A stretch of 64,000 bases of DNA, from IMG/VR virus record IMGVR_UViG_3300032046_000001, positions 248,001-312,000 of that record; one strand, given 5' to 3'. The translations under genes were made by a program, and so were the position numbers. This document shows, one piece after another, positions 17,670 through 27,488 of this stretch (the first letter of the stretch is position 1; every line of letters starts with the position of its first letter). A model generated the notes under the pieces. It was not told the DNA's origin and made no database searches. It was given only the letters and a program-made list of their open reading frames with translations.

Positions 17670-18440
17670 TTACTCTATATTCTCATCCCATCGTACCAAT
17701 GCTATTGGAGCTAATGCCCTCTTATGCTCAGTAGCTTCCATAATTTTTGAAATTCTCACTTCGTCTGGTGTTGTAGGTGTCTTACCACTGAGATATATTT
17801 TTGTGAGAACATCATCAAGAACATCATAATTTCCGATATCATCCTCATCATAATGATTTGGTGTTAGATCAGCAGTTGGTCGCTTTGTCAGAATTTTTTC
17901 GGGAATTTGAATATAGTCGTGTTGAGTACAAAGTATATTATTATAATAATGTGCTAGACCATATACATCTCTTTTTAGTAATTCACCTAATAATTCGATA
18001 TCTGATGCTCCATCGCCGAATTTTGTAAAATATCCAGTCATAATTTCTGATAAATTACAAGTTCCAATAACTTTACTATTATGTTCATTGGCGTATGCAT
18101 ACAATAGACACATTCTTATCCTAGACATTATATTTTCTTTAGTTCCATTTTGCCATAAGATTCCGGTATTATAAAAGCTATCGTATATATTTCTAATGTT
18201 TATAATAGAGTATGATACACCGAATTGGTGTACTAGATCAATACCATCCTTAAGATGTTCATTTTCCCAATATGGCATAAGCATAGCATGAATCTTGTCT
18301 TTTCCAACAGCCTGAACAGTCATTGCGAGACAAAGAGATGAGTCAATTCCACCAGATACTCCGAGGATAAAACCACTAGATGTTTCTAATTCTTCTCTGA
18401 CAAAATCAACAATAATTTGATTCACTTTTTCATAATTCAT
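17670..18440 (-). CDS. nadE: NH3-dependent NAD+ synthetase
   Basis: LGVSGGIDS, NIMSRIRM, GYFTKFGDG, PTADL, TEHKR. Confidence 0.95.
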   Translation of the reverse strand: MNYEKVNQIIVDFVREELETSSGFILGVSGGIDSSLCLAMTVQAVGKDKIHAMLMPYWENEHLKDGIDLVHQFGVSYSIINIRNIYDSFYNTGILWQNGTKENIMSRIRMCLLYAYANEHNSKVIGTCNLSEIMTGYFTKFGDGASDIELLGELLKRDVYGLAHYYNNILCTQHDYIQIPEKILTKRPTADLTPNHYDEDDIGNYDVLDDVLTKIYLSGKTPTTPDEVRISKIMEATEHKRALAPIALVRWDENIE

Positions 18441-19044
18441 TTTCCATTCTCCTTTTTATTTTTGATACTGTTGAATGAACTACTCCGTGTTTATTTGCAA
18501 TCTGTCTTTGAGTTAAATCATCTTTTTCAATATCAATTTTTATATCAATATATTTTTGATTTGACAACCTGTTAAGATTATTTTCACTCATTATCTTTTT
18601 TGTTTTTTCTGAATGTTTTTTTCCTTTATTGCTTTCACTTATTTTTATTTTAGTTTCTTCTGAAAGTAATCTACCTTTTGGATTATGAAGTTTGTTATGT
18701 TCTTTTTTAGGTATCATTATTAAATTTTCTAAAATATTATTTTCTTTATTTCTATCTTTATCATGATGAACACATTCATCAGATTTTAATTTATAATCAT
18801 TAAAAGTTTCATAAACTAATATATGAATTTTTTTAGTTTTCTTGTTTCCATTTTTAGATAAATTAATTACAAAATAATCATCATTATCTTTATGTTGTTT
18901 TATTATTTTTCCACTTATTTTATCATATTTAAAACTTTTAACTCGACCCAGATTACTAACTTGATAATCACAATCATAATCTAAAATATCTTTCCAAATT
19001 TCATTATCTAAATCATTAATATCTAAATTTTCGTATATTTTCAT
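18430..19044 (-). CDS. NUMOD4-HNH-NUMOD3-HTH homing endonuclease
   Basis: YQVSNLGRVKS, IHILVYETF, VHH..N..EN..ENL, HSEKTKKIMS; start re-placed at MKIYEN. Confidence 0.9.
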   Translation of the reverse strand: MKIYENLDINDLDNEIWKDILDYDCDYQVSNLGRVKSFKYDKISGKIIKQHKDNDDYFVINLSKNGNKKTKKIHILVYETFNDYKLKSDECVHHDKDRNKENNILENLIMIPKKEHNKLHNPKGRLLSEETKIKISESNKGKKHSEKTKKIMSENNLNRLSNQKYIDIKIDIEKDDLTQRQIANKHGVVHSTVSKIKRRMENEL

Positions 19045-19063
19045 TTTAATGCTCCAAGTATCT

Positions 19064-19125
19064 GAAAGAAAATTTTTATAATATAAAAATGACATCTTTT
19101 TAAAACGTTATTTTACTTATTCTTT
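19064..19125. repeat. Bipartite dispersed repeat, copy 1
   Basis: gaaagaaaattttta (19064-19078) plus 29-nt tttttaaaacgttattttacttattcttt (19097-19125); also at 59837-59887. Confidence 0.8.
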
Positions 19126-19144
19126 CATAGATTAATATATATAG
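19124..19144 (-). promoter_or_regulatory. Conserved phage promoter-like motif, copy 4
   Basis: CTATATATATTAATCTATGAA upstream of HNH/nadE. Confidence 0.7.
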
Positions 19145-19148
19145 TTCT

Positions 19149-19742
19149 TCATGACTTTGAAAAATCTGGATTCTTACCTAAAAATAAAGACCTATTTAAT
19201 GCGTTTGGATCAATACCAGCTTTTTGACACAAACCAATAATATATATAGGATCTATTGGTAATTTATATTCTTTTAATTTTCGTCGAACGTGTCGATCAA
19301 TAGGAAATGCTGGTAATTTCAAATAATCTCTGATAAATAACCAAAGTACTTTAGTTCCTTTGGGATTTGCACCACATAAATTGAAAAATTCAACAATTGG
19401 TGTAGTCCATGAATATTTACCTTTTTCAAGCCAAATATCACATAATGTTTTAAATTCAATTTGTTTTTTATTTAACGAAGTTATCATATTGAATAACATA
19501 TCATTTTCCCATTTTAGTGGGTAGATATTTTCAAATTGACTTGGTAAAATATTTCCCAAATCTCTATTATTTAACCACTGAATAGCCCTGGTTTGAACTT
19601 TTTTTCTTCTTTCGACTTTCCAAGGACCAGCACCTATACAAATAAGAAATGCCTTATTTGATTCAGAACCTACCCATGTATGATCATAAGTAGGTTCTGA
19701 TGAATACATTTTTTTTATTTTTTCGATATCTTCACTTGACAT
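19149..19742 (-). CDS. HhH-GPD (endonuclease III/OGG-like) DNA glycosylase-like protein
   Basis: KGTKVLWLF helix-hairpin region and FPIDRHVRR catalytic-Asp motif. Confidence 0.65.
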   Translation of the reverse strand: MSSEDIEKIKKMYSSEPTYDHTWVGSESNKAFLICIGAGPWKVERRKKVQTRAIQWLNNRDLGNILPSQFENIYPLKWENDMLFNMITSLNKKQIEFKTLCDIWLEKGKYSWTTPIVEFFNLCGANPKGTKVLWLFIRDYLKLPAFPIDRHVRRKLKEYKLPIDPIYIIGLCQKAGIDPNALNRSLFLGKNPDFSKS

Positions 19743-20004
19743 GATAACCTCTATCTGATAGTTCCGTCATTGATTCAAAAAAATTATTATGATGAAATAA
19801 AATTTTTCTTCCATCACATTCAAATATTATCCAACCATTTCCTAAATTTTTTAATATTTTTGCCTCTGTTGGAATATCATACATGACAGAAAAACCACCT
19901 TCATGAACAACTTTTGATGGATCTTGTTCATATGTTTTACAGGAAATAGTTCCTAATATAATAAAAATAATTAATAAAAATTTTTTAATATTTTTGATAG
20001 TCAT
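19732..20004 (-). CDS. Putative lipoprotein
   Basis: Signal peptide with TISC lipobox. Confidence 0.65.
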   Translation of the reverse strand: MTIKNIKKFLLIIFIILGTISCKTYEQDPSKVVHEGGFSVMYDIPTEAKILKNLGNGWIIFECDGRKILFHHNNFFESMTELSDRGYHVK

Positions 20005-20143
20005 TTAGTGATGAAATTTTTCCAGTTTTCCAATCAAAAACTAAAGTATTTTCCATACGTTGACGTAGAAGTTTATCTATTTCTTCATTATGCGCCAGTT
20101 CATTTGCAAGTTTTTCCAATTTTATTTTTTCATCTTCTGTCAT

Positions 20144-20455
20144 TTACCAAGCTCCCTCACTTTTATATCCAAGATCTTCTATTGAACTCAAATCAAAACC
20201 TCGTTCATCTTCGAACATCTGTTTTAACCTGATTCCCTTATTAATACCTTCTTGTCTCAAACATGCTGATAAATATAAAATATCTTCTCTTAAGTTTTTT
20301 AATCGTTGAATTCTGTCTTCGATTGCTCTATTTACACCTATTGTTTGTTTGTAAGATCTTTGGCTGTCTAAATTATCAATTTCAACTTTTATCAATCTTG
20401 CGATTTCAAATAACTCTTCACCATCAAAAAATCGACCTATTATTTTATTATCCAT
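20144..20455 (-). CDS. Hypothetical protein
   Basis: ORF coupled to pncA. Confidence 0.65.
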   Translation of the reverse strand: MDNKIIGRFFDGEELFEIARLIKVEIDNLDSQRSYKQTIGVNRAIEDRIQRLKNLREDILYLSACLRQEGINKGIRLKQMFEDERGFDLSSIEDLGYKSEGAW

Positions 20456-21125
20456 TGAAATCTCGATTTATTAGATTAATCACACTATCTGTTCTAATAA
20501 AAAGAGCACCTGCTTTCATCATCTCAAATAAGGCATTCTGTTTGCCTTCCTCAGTGATATGATATATACAATCATCAATTACCCATACTTTCTTTCCTCG
20601 TTTAAGAAGACCAAGTACAGCAGCTAAAACACAGTACTCAGTTGCAACACCATATACAAAGAAAGTATCAATATCGAGATATTTTAAACAAAAATCAATA
20701 TTTTGATTACCACCTGGGTTCGTTTCATCCCAAAAAACATTATAGCTTTGTTTTTCAAAAGTAATTTGACATGCTGCATCTAAAAGAATTTTTAAAAGTT
20801 CTTCACTATACATATCTTCTGAATCAATATGTATTGAATACTCTGGTGTTGTTGATTCTTCAATTTTACTACAACCATTTGTATCATCTTCACAATGCAT
20901 TGGAAATGGTCCACCATTTACATCAAGTTCTATTTCCGCTTCTTTATGTGCGGTATCTCCAAAATGTCTATCACCACAACCAAGTATTTTAATATTATTT
21001 TCATAACCATATTTTGTTAATTTAGAAATATTTGGAATAATTTTTTCAGAATCTTTTATATATAATTTACCATTCTTGGTCATAAAATCAACTAACGTAT
21101 CTACATCAAAAAAAGCGCATTTCAT
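20448..21125 (-). CDS. pncA: Nicotinamidase (isochorismatase family)
   Basis: DVDTLVDF...G.L, D.H, FPMHC, FEK, GVATEYCV catalytic Cys. Confidence 0.92.
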   Translation of the reverse strand: MKCAFFDVDTLVDFMTKNGKLYIKDSEKIIPNISKLTKYGYENNIKILGCGDRHFGDTAHKEAEIELDVNGGPFPMHCEDDTNGCSKIEESTTPEYSIHIDSEDMYSEELLKILLDAACQITFEKQSYNVFWDETNPGGNQNIDFCLKYLDIDTFFVYGVATEYCVLAAVLGLLKRGKKVWVIDDCIYHITEEGKQNALFEMMKAGALFIRTDSVINLINRDFNG

Positions 21126-21400
21126 TTCTTTAGTTCCTCCAACTGTAATTTGATTCTTTCCCTGAGTTCACTTAAATATTCACCAGGATTCCAACCAAAA
21201 CCTTCAGTGATAAAACTAACATCACTGTCACTCATTCCAATACCTTGGGGTCTGTGTAATATTTCAACTAATCTGGTATATTTAGATTTATTTTTCACAA
21301 ATTTCTTAATCAATAAATCAATATCATCATCGAGCAGGACTCGATCCCTAAGTCTCAGAATCAAGTCCTGCATCTTCTCGAATTTGTTTGTGGTTTTCAT
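21122..21400 (-). CDS. Hypothetical protein
   Basis: ORF with ATGA coupling. Confidence 0.65.
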   Translation of the reverse strand: MKTTNKFEKMQDLILRLRDRVLLDDDIDLLIKKFVKNKSKYTRLVEILHRPQGIGMSDSDVSFITEGFGWNPGEYLSELRERIKLQLEELKK

Positions 21401-21407
21401 CCCATTC

Positions 21408-21590
21408 CTATGTTGTTAATAAAATATCAATAATTTTATTATTGAGTTTTTTACTCCAGATTACATCAGCAATAAATTCATTATAAGTCCAGCCATTTTT
21501 TACCAATTCACTGTTAATTTCCTCATGATTCAAATTAGGTAACTTAGACTCCAGTAATTTCATCAATTCTTTAAAACCGATCTTCTCCAT
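21408..21590 (-). CDS. Hypothetical protein
   Basis: AAGGA RBS. Confidence 0.6.
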   Translation of the reverse strand: MEKIGFKELMKLLESKLPNLNHEEINSELVKNGWTYNEFIADVIWSKKLNNKIIDILLTT

Positions 21591-21620
21591 TTTAACATCC
21601 TTTCCTGTAGGCGATTTAAT

Positions 21621-22802
21621 TTAGGCGATCATTTCTTCTGTTATATCATAGTCCTTTTCAGTGTCATCTCTTTCAACTTCAAATTGAAAATCAACCATTA
21701 AAGACTCAATAACAGATTTTAATCCTCTCGCTCCAATCCCCTTTCTGTCAGCGATTTCGGCAATTCTTCTTATAGCATTGTCAGTAAAATTTAAATTAAT
21801 ATTATCAATTTCTAATAATCTCTGATATTGTTTGATTATTGAATCAACTGGGTCTGTTAAAATACGAGCTAATTCATCAATGGATAATCTATTAAGTACC
21901 GACACTATTGGAATTCGGCCAACTAATTCAGGTATTAAACCATACTGAATAAGATCATCTTGTTCTAAATAATTTAATAAATCGATATCGCGTTCAGCTT
22001 TAGACATCTTTGTATTAAAACCAATATTATTTTTACATAGACGAGCTGAAACAATATCAGAAAGACCATTAAAGGCACCACCAAATACAAATAATATATT
22101 TGATGTATCCATTAACAATCGATCTCCATGTGGGTGTTTTCTTGCACCTGTTGGTTGAATATTCATTACTGAACCTTCAATCATTTTTAACAAACCAAAC
22201 TGAACACCTTCACCTGATACGTCTCGTGTTATCGATGTACTTGCTGAACTCTTCTTGGCTTTTTTATCAATCTCATCAATAAAAATAATTCCCTTAGATG
22301 CTCGTTCAACATCAAAATCACAAGCGAGTAATAACATTTGAATCATTGATTCAATATTATCACCCACATAACCTTCTTCGGTTAATGTTGTTGCATCAGC
22401 AATAATAAATGGAACTCTCAATATTTTTGATAATGTCTGTGCAAAAAGTGTCTTTCCAGATCCAGATGGACCTATTAAAAGAATATTACTTTTTTGGACA
22501 TTAAGGTTACATAGAATCTTTAACATATGATTATAGACACCAACAGAAATTATTTTTTTAGTTTTTTCTTGACCAATAATATATTGATCTAAAATAATTT
22601 TAATCTCTTTTGGTGTCATGATTTTTTGTTTTTTAGGCTTTGAATTTTTAATTTGATCAACTTTAAGATCCGAATTAATATTTTCAGCCGTTAATGCCAA
22701 TCTTGCTGTATCAATACAAGAATCACAGATACAAATATTCGGATCGCTCGATTCAATTATTAATTTATAATCTGTACTATGACAGAAGCTACATTCTCTC
22801 AT
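21621..22802 (-). CDS. clpX: ATP-dependent Clp protease ATPase subunit ClpX
   Basis: CSFC...CDSC zinc domain, GPSGSGKT, IFIDEIDK, TRDVSGEGVQ, RKHP loop, IGF loop, GARGL. Confidence 0.96.
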   Translation of the reverse strand: MRECSFCHSTDYKLIIESSDPNICICDSCIDTARLALTAENINSDLKVDQIKNSKPKKQKIMTPKEIKIILDQYIIGQEKTKKIISVGVYNHMLKILCNLNVQKSNILLIGPSGSGKTLFAQTLSKILRVPFIIADATTLTEEGYVGDNIESMIQMLLLACDFDVERASKGIIFIDEIDKKAKKSSASTSITRDVSGEGVQFGLLKMIEGSVMNIQPTGARKHPHGDRLLMDTSNILFVFGGAFNGLSDIVSARLCKNNIGFNTKMSKAERDIDLLNYLEQDDLIQYGLIPELVGRIPIVSVLNRLSIDELARILTDPVDSIIKQYQRLLEIDNINLNFTDNAIRRIAEIADRKGIGARGLKSVIESLMVDFQFEVERDDTEKDYDITEEMIA

Positions 22803-23470
22803 TCTTCGTAATCATCCTCAATTTCATCATATATCATATTTTCTTCTTCAAATAAATTATCACTAACAATACAATTTACTGGTGAAAGACAGTTTCTATC
22901 TCTCATTAATTCATATGGTCTTCCATTTGTTAAATATTGAAGATATCTACACCAAGTTTTATATTTATCCAATCCAAAAATTGAATTTGAATATTTCTTC
23001 TTAAACTCATCACTCACATCTCCAACACAACATGGCATTATAATTAGAAATGGTGATTTTGAATTTTTATATATTTCTATAATTCTAATTGCCAAATTCT
23101 TACAAGGATGTGATGCCATGATTATCGTATTTTCGTCAATCAAGTCTATTATATCATCATCATAAATATTTTTTTCAATATACTCAAATCGTCTGATTCT
23201 CGCATATTTTCTTCTAACTATACGTTTATCAATCGCAACAGCTTTTGACACGGGTAATGAAAAAAGAGAAAGTACGCTGGAAATTGGATTTCCAGCGCAC
23301 AATTCTACAATGTTATATTTCATTGGATTATCTAAAGTAAGTTTTCGAATTTTTTCCCGTAAAGTCATCGCTTCAGATATCTCTTTACAATATCCACTAC
23401 CAATAGGTGATAACAATCCTAATACATCAGAAGAACAACGTAACCTCAAAAACATTTCAACATATTTCAT
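22799..23470 (-). CDS. SAM-dependent methyltransferase-like protein
   Basis: IVELCAGN, AID, ASHPCKNL, MPCC. Confidence 0.75.
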   Translation of the reverse strand: MKYVEMFLRLRCSSDVLGLLSPIGSGYCKEISEAMTLREKIRKLTLDNPMKYNIVELCAGNPISSVLSLFSLPVSKAVAIDKRIVRRKYARIRRFEYIEKNIYDDDIIDLIDENTIIMASHPCKNLAIRIIEIYKNSKSPFLIIMPCCVGDVSDEFKKKYSNSIFGLDKYKTWCRYLQYLTNGRPYELMRDRNCLSPVNCIVSDNLFEEENMIYDEIEDDYEE

Positions 23471-23484
23471 TTTCTTTATTCTCC

Positions 23485-24060
23485 TTAATATATTTTCATC
23501 ATACTCTTAATTATTTCACTGTCATTCTTACTGGAAACAATAGTTGAAATATCATTTGTTCCAAATTTTTTAATTCGAATTGCCCATTCATCGATATCTG
23601 AAAATATGTCTAAATATTTATGAGTTTCATTAACTCTATCTTCAAGCGTTTGGTTTGGAATCTTATTTATATTTAAATAATCTATTAATAGACTGATTAA
23701 AAATTCAAAATTAAAATTTTGATTTTTTGATCTAACAATCAATTCATGATAAAAACCATCAGCATAAATCGACATTCCTCTATACATCTTAAATTCGTCA
23801 TCGATATGAAAATTGAAAAAACAATTGTGATAATTGTCTTTATACTTGTAACTGAAATTAATTTTCAAATAAAAATTTTTTAAATTTATTTTTTCAATTA
23901 GATCATCTGGAATAACAACAACACTTAATATTTGTCTTAACTCATTAAGATCTACTTTAGTTTCACTTAAAAATGAAACCATTGCTATTGATCCATAATT
24001 GTGATGATTATCAATAAATAATATAGACTGTTTAAATTGCTCAATTCCAAAATATGTCAT
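23485..24060 (-). CDS. Hypothetical protein coupled to RNAP beta gene
   Basis: TAATG overlap with the rpoB-like stop. Confidence 0.75.
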   Translation of the reverse strand: MTYFGIEQFKQSILFIDNHHNYGSIAMVSFLSETKVDLNELRQILSVVVIPDDLIEKINLKNFYLKINFSYKYKDNYHNCFFNFHIDDEFKMYRGMSIYADGFYHELIVRSKNQNFNFEFLISLLIDYLNINKIPNQTLEDRVNETHKYLDIFSDIDEWAIRIKKFGTNDISTIVSSKNDSEIIKSMMKIY

Positions 24061-27000
24061 TAATCTCCTTTATCGATTCCGATAACTGTTAGATATGAAT
24101 TTAATAATCGTACAGATTCACTTATCATATCATTCTCTTTATAAATTTCATTCCGTAATTTATTTCCAGAATCGATTTGATCAAACATCCATTTATTCTT
24201 AGCCTCAATTGAATCAGACTTGGTTGTCATTGATTCATTCAAATTATGAACAGAATCATGAGCAATCATACAACTAACTTCCATTTCACCAAGTCTTTGA
24301 CCACCATTATTTCTTTTACCACCAGTTGGTTGTAGTGTTTTCTTAGTATATGTTCCAATTCCTCTCGCTGATAATTTATCTTCAGCTATATGAATCATTC
24401 GAAAGAAATACAAATACCCTACAGCTAAATCATTTACAAGCGTATCACCGGCAACTGGATCATATATTGGATATTTAAATCGAGTGTTTGTATATTTCAA
24501 CGCTTTTTTACATTGCTTTATATTTATCGATTCAAATGGTGGTTGAATCAAAGAAAGATCATCAATAAATTTTTCATCAATCTTGACCATTTTTAATTGA
24601 TTTTTAAACTGGTTAAAATACCAGTTATCTTTTGTATTATCAATAATTTTAATATATTTTAATAAATATTTTTTAATGGTTGATTGTGATAAGATACCCT
24701 CCTTCAATTCTTGATATTTGAGTTTTTCTTCTTCAGATTCAAGTGAATCAATCATTTGTAATAATTCATTATCTTTTTTAATCAAACTTCGCATGTTATT
24801 TTTCAGATCCATTAATGACATTGCCAAATGAAGTTCAAATAACTGTCCGATGTTCATTCGACTTATTATTCCTAATGGATTGATGATAATATCTAATGGT
24901 CTACCATCAGGTAATTTCGGCATATCTTCAGTTTTGACAATCTTTGAAATAACACCTTTATTGCCGTGTCTATTTCCTATTTTATCGCCAACTTCGATTT
25001 TCCGAATATAATATCCTGTTAGATGAACAAAAATACCATCAAACTTCTCACCTTTAATTTTATACTTACCCTCAGATAAAAAGTTGTTTAAATTATTTTT
25101 AGCGAATTTATTATATTCACTTTTGGGTAAATATTTTCCCAAGATTTTACTTATTTTTTTCTCTTTTATTTTTTGATCAATAATTTTTTGTTCAATCCAA
25201 TCTTGAAATTCTTGAGGTACATTCTTAGTTGGATAATCATTGACATAAATATTACTTTCGAGAATACACATCTTTTTGGGAGATATTAAATTTTCATCTT
25301 CTTCAAATAACACACTGAAGTCATTGTTTTGTTGTACTTTTCGTAACATTGCATATGGTTGACCAGTATTAATCCACTCCCCAGGTTCAGGTAATGGTTT
25401 ATATTCCATAGTCCTCGCACGTTCACCATATTCGTCATACTCTTCAGGTTGTGGCTTACATGTATTCAAATTTGAAAGTATTTTATTTGATGGGATAAAG
25501 AATGAGAGATCTCGATAATGAATAGAAGATAAGATTCGTTCATCGACTAATCTTTCGGATATCACTATACCATCTTCATAATTATAACCATAGTATATAC
25601 CAATACCTGTTAATAAATTTCTACCAATACTAATATTACGATCCTTTGTAAATAATGATTCAACTAAAATATCACCTTGACGAAATCGTTCTCCCTCTTT
25701 GAAGTTCGTTTCCATCATGTCCATATTATCAGTATAAATTTTCTTGTAACCAGTTTGAATTAATTCGATTTCATCATCATCATACTTGACAATAATAAAT
25801 CCCTCATCATCGTCATGATATAATACAATTCCATCTTTTTTGGCCATCTTAAGAAAGTTTGTATATTGCGTATATAAACTCTCACATCCACTTTGAATCA
25901 ATGGTTTTTCTGGTTTTCTTAAAAGGATAGCTTGTCTCATTTGAGACGAGGCCATTTGTAATCTTGTTTGGTCGTCATGCTCTAAAAAAGGCACCATAGC
26001 AACTGGAATTGATATGGGACTTTTAGATTGAATCTCGCTTGTGAATTTCATATTATGATCTAATTTTGAAGTTGGTAGAATATTTCCGACAATTCCACAA
26101 TTATCTCTATCTGGTGTATCAACAACACAAATTCGTCCGAACATTGAATCATTGATATCACGAATATTTTCTGGAACACTCTTTCTTTCGAAACCATTCG
26201 GACCCAATAATGATATTCTTGATAATTCAGTCAATGAATCAATAGGATTTATTGAAAAATCAAATTGAATAATTTCCGATACATTACAGTTCTGTAATAT
26301 TTCGGATGAATTGATATTAAATTTTGGTTTTGAATTTTTAGTTATAATACATAGATTGAATATTGCTTTTGCCACATAACTAAAAATTAAATATTCAAAA
26401 CATCTAATTCGTTTATTTTCATAATTTAAAAAATCAAAAGGTCCATTTTGTATAGCATCAATAAAATCTTCTATAACAGAACCAGTTTTAAGAAATCTGG
26501 CTGTTATAACATCAATTTTTGGTATAAGATCTAATCCATATAATATTTCTTCACCTTTAAGTTTGGCATTATACTTAGTAAAAGTTTCACCCAACATCTT
26601 GGTATATTCGTCTTTGGTCTTATTCATATTATAATATAAATAGACTTGTTTAATTAATCGATTATAAAATGTGTCTTCTAAACCTTCAACGTTTTCCTGA
26701 CTTAAATTAAATCGTGAATTTAATACTTCTGGACCATAATAGGCCAATAATAATAATGCGAAAGGTAGTTTTTTATTAAGAAAGGTAAATATGATCGTTT
26801 TCTTTTCATAAAGTATTATAGTCTGGACATTTGATTTAAACTTAATTATAAAACTATCATCTGATTTTTTATTCAATTTTGTTATTATTGGAAAATCGGT
26901 AATTTGAAAATGAGGAATCTTTCTTTTACCATTGATAAAAATATAATTATCGTCAATGAGTTCTGGAATGTTAATACTTAGATCAACTTTTGCCTCATCT

Positions 27001-27221
27001 TTTGATAAGATAATATTTAAATTTTTCTTAAACGTTTTCTGTAACTCTTCCCCTTGAGATCGACAATCGTTTATTTCAAACTTCTCAATTTTATATCCAA
27101 TTTCTTTGACTGGTTGTAATGCCTCAAATATTTGTCCTTCAAGTTTTTCATATTCACGTTTTCTTAAAGTAAAAATATTATCAACATCATCAATTTTTAG
27201 ATTCGGATTTTCTATAATCAT
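24060..27221 (-). CDS. rpoB: Phage multi-subunit RNA polymerase beta subunit
   Basis: GRICVVDTPD..NCG, PFLEHDD..R..MASSQMRQA, GYNYEDG, GDKIGNRHGNKGV, GGQRLGEMEV. Confidence 0.96.
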   Translation of the reverse strand: MIIENPNLKIDDVDNIFTLRKREYEKLEGQIFEALQPVKEIGYKIEKFEINDCRSQGEELQKTFKKNLNIILSKDEAKVDLSINIPELIDDNYIFINGKRKIPHFQITDFPIITKLNKKSDDSFIIKFKSNVQTIILYEKKTIIFTFLNKKLPFALLLLAYYGPEVLNSRFNLSQENVEGLEDTFYNRLIKQVYLYYNMNKTKDEYTKMLGETFTKYNAKLKGEEILYGLDLIPKIDVITARFLKTGSVIEDFIDAIQNGPFDFLNYENKRIRCFEYLIFSYVAKAIFNLCIITKNSKPKFNINSSEILQNCNVSEIIQFDFSINPIDSLTELSRISLLGPNGFERKSVPENIRDINDSMFGRICVVDTPDRDNCGIVGNILPTSKLDHNMKFTSEIQSKSPISIPVAMVPFLEHDDQTRLQMASSQMRQAILLRKPEKPLIQSGCESLYTQYTNFLKMAKKDGIVLYHDDDEGFIIVKYDDDEIELIQTGYKKIYTDNMDMMETNFKEGERFRQGDILVESLFTKDRNISIGRNLLTGIGIYYGYNYEDGIVISERLVDERILSSIHYRDLSFFIPSNKILSNLNTCKPQPEEYDEYGERARTMEYKPLPEPGEWINTGQPYAMLRKVQQNNDFSVLFEEDENLISPKKMCILESNIYVNDYPTKNVPQEFQDWIEQKIIDQKIKEKKISKILGKYLPKSEYNKFAKNNLNNFLSEGKYKIKGEKFDGIFVHLTGYYIRKIEVGDKIGNRHGNKGVISKIVKTEDMPKLPDGRPLDIIINPLGIISRMNIGQLFELHLAMSLMDLKNNMRSLIKKDNELLQMIDSLESEEEKLKYQELKEGILSQSTIKKYLLKYIKIIDNTKDNWYFNQFKNQLKMVKIDEKFIDDLSLIQPPFESINIKQCKKALKYTNTRFKYPIYDPVAGDTLVNDLAVGYLYFFRMIHIAEDKLSARGIGTYTKKTLQPTGGKRNNGGQRLGEMEVSCMIAHDSVHNLNESMTTKSDSIEAKNKWMFDQIDSGNKLRNEIYKENDMISESVRLLNSYLTVIGIDKGD

Positions 27222-27488
27222 TTGTCACTTTCATTTTGTTCTGATTTTTCGGATGAATTAAATATCAATATACTCTCCCAATTTATCCTGTCTTCTGTAC
27301 AGAATTCTTCGTCGAACTTTGATGAGAAATTATCAATTATATTATTATATGCGATATTGAATTCATTATTTTTTCTTTTTTAAAACATCTTTTAATTTCA
27401 GATTTTTTAAATTATCTAATTTATTAATGTGATAATAGACTATATTATTATTAATATAGTCTTCAATTTGTCTTGTTAATTCATTCAT
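27218..27488 (-). pseudogene. Internally deleted type II restriction endonuclease remnant (PmeII-family-like), frameshifted in an A-tract
   Basis: Read manually: MNELTRQIEDYINNNIVYYHINKLDNLKNLKLKDVLK joined (other frame) to KNNEFNIAYNNIIDNFSSKFDEEFCTEDRINWESILIFNS; resembles the N- and C-termini of PmeII-type REases; ATGA overlaps at both ends. Confidence 0.6.
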
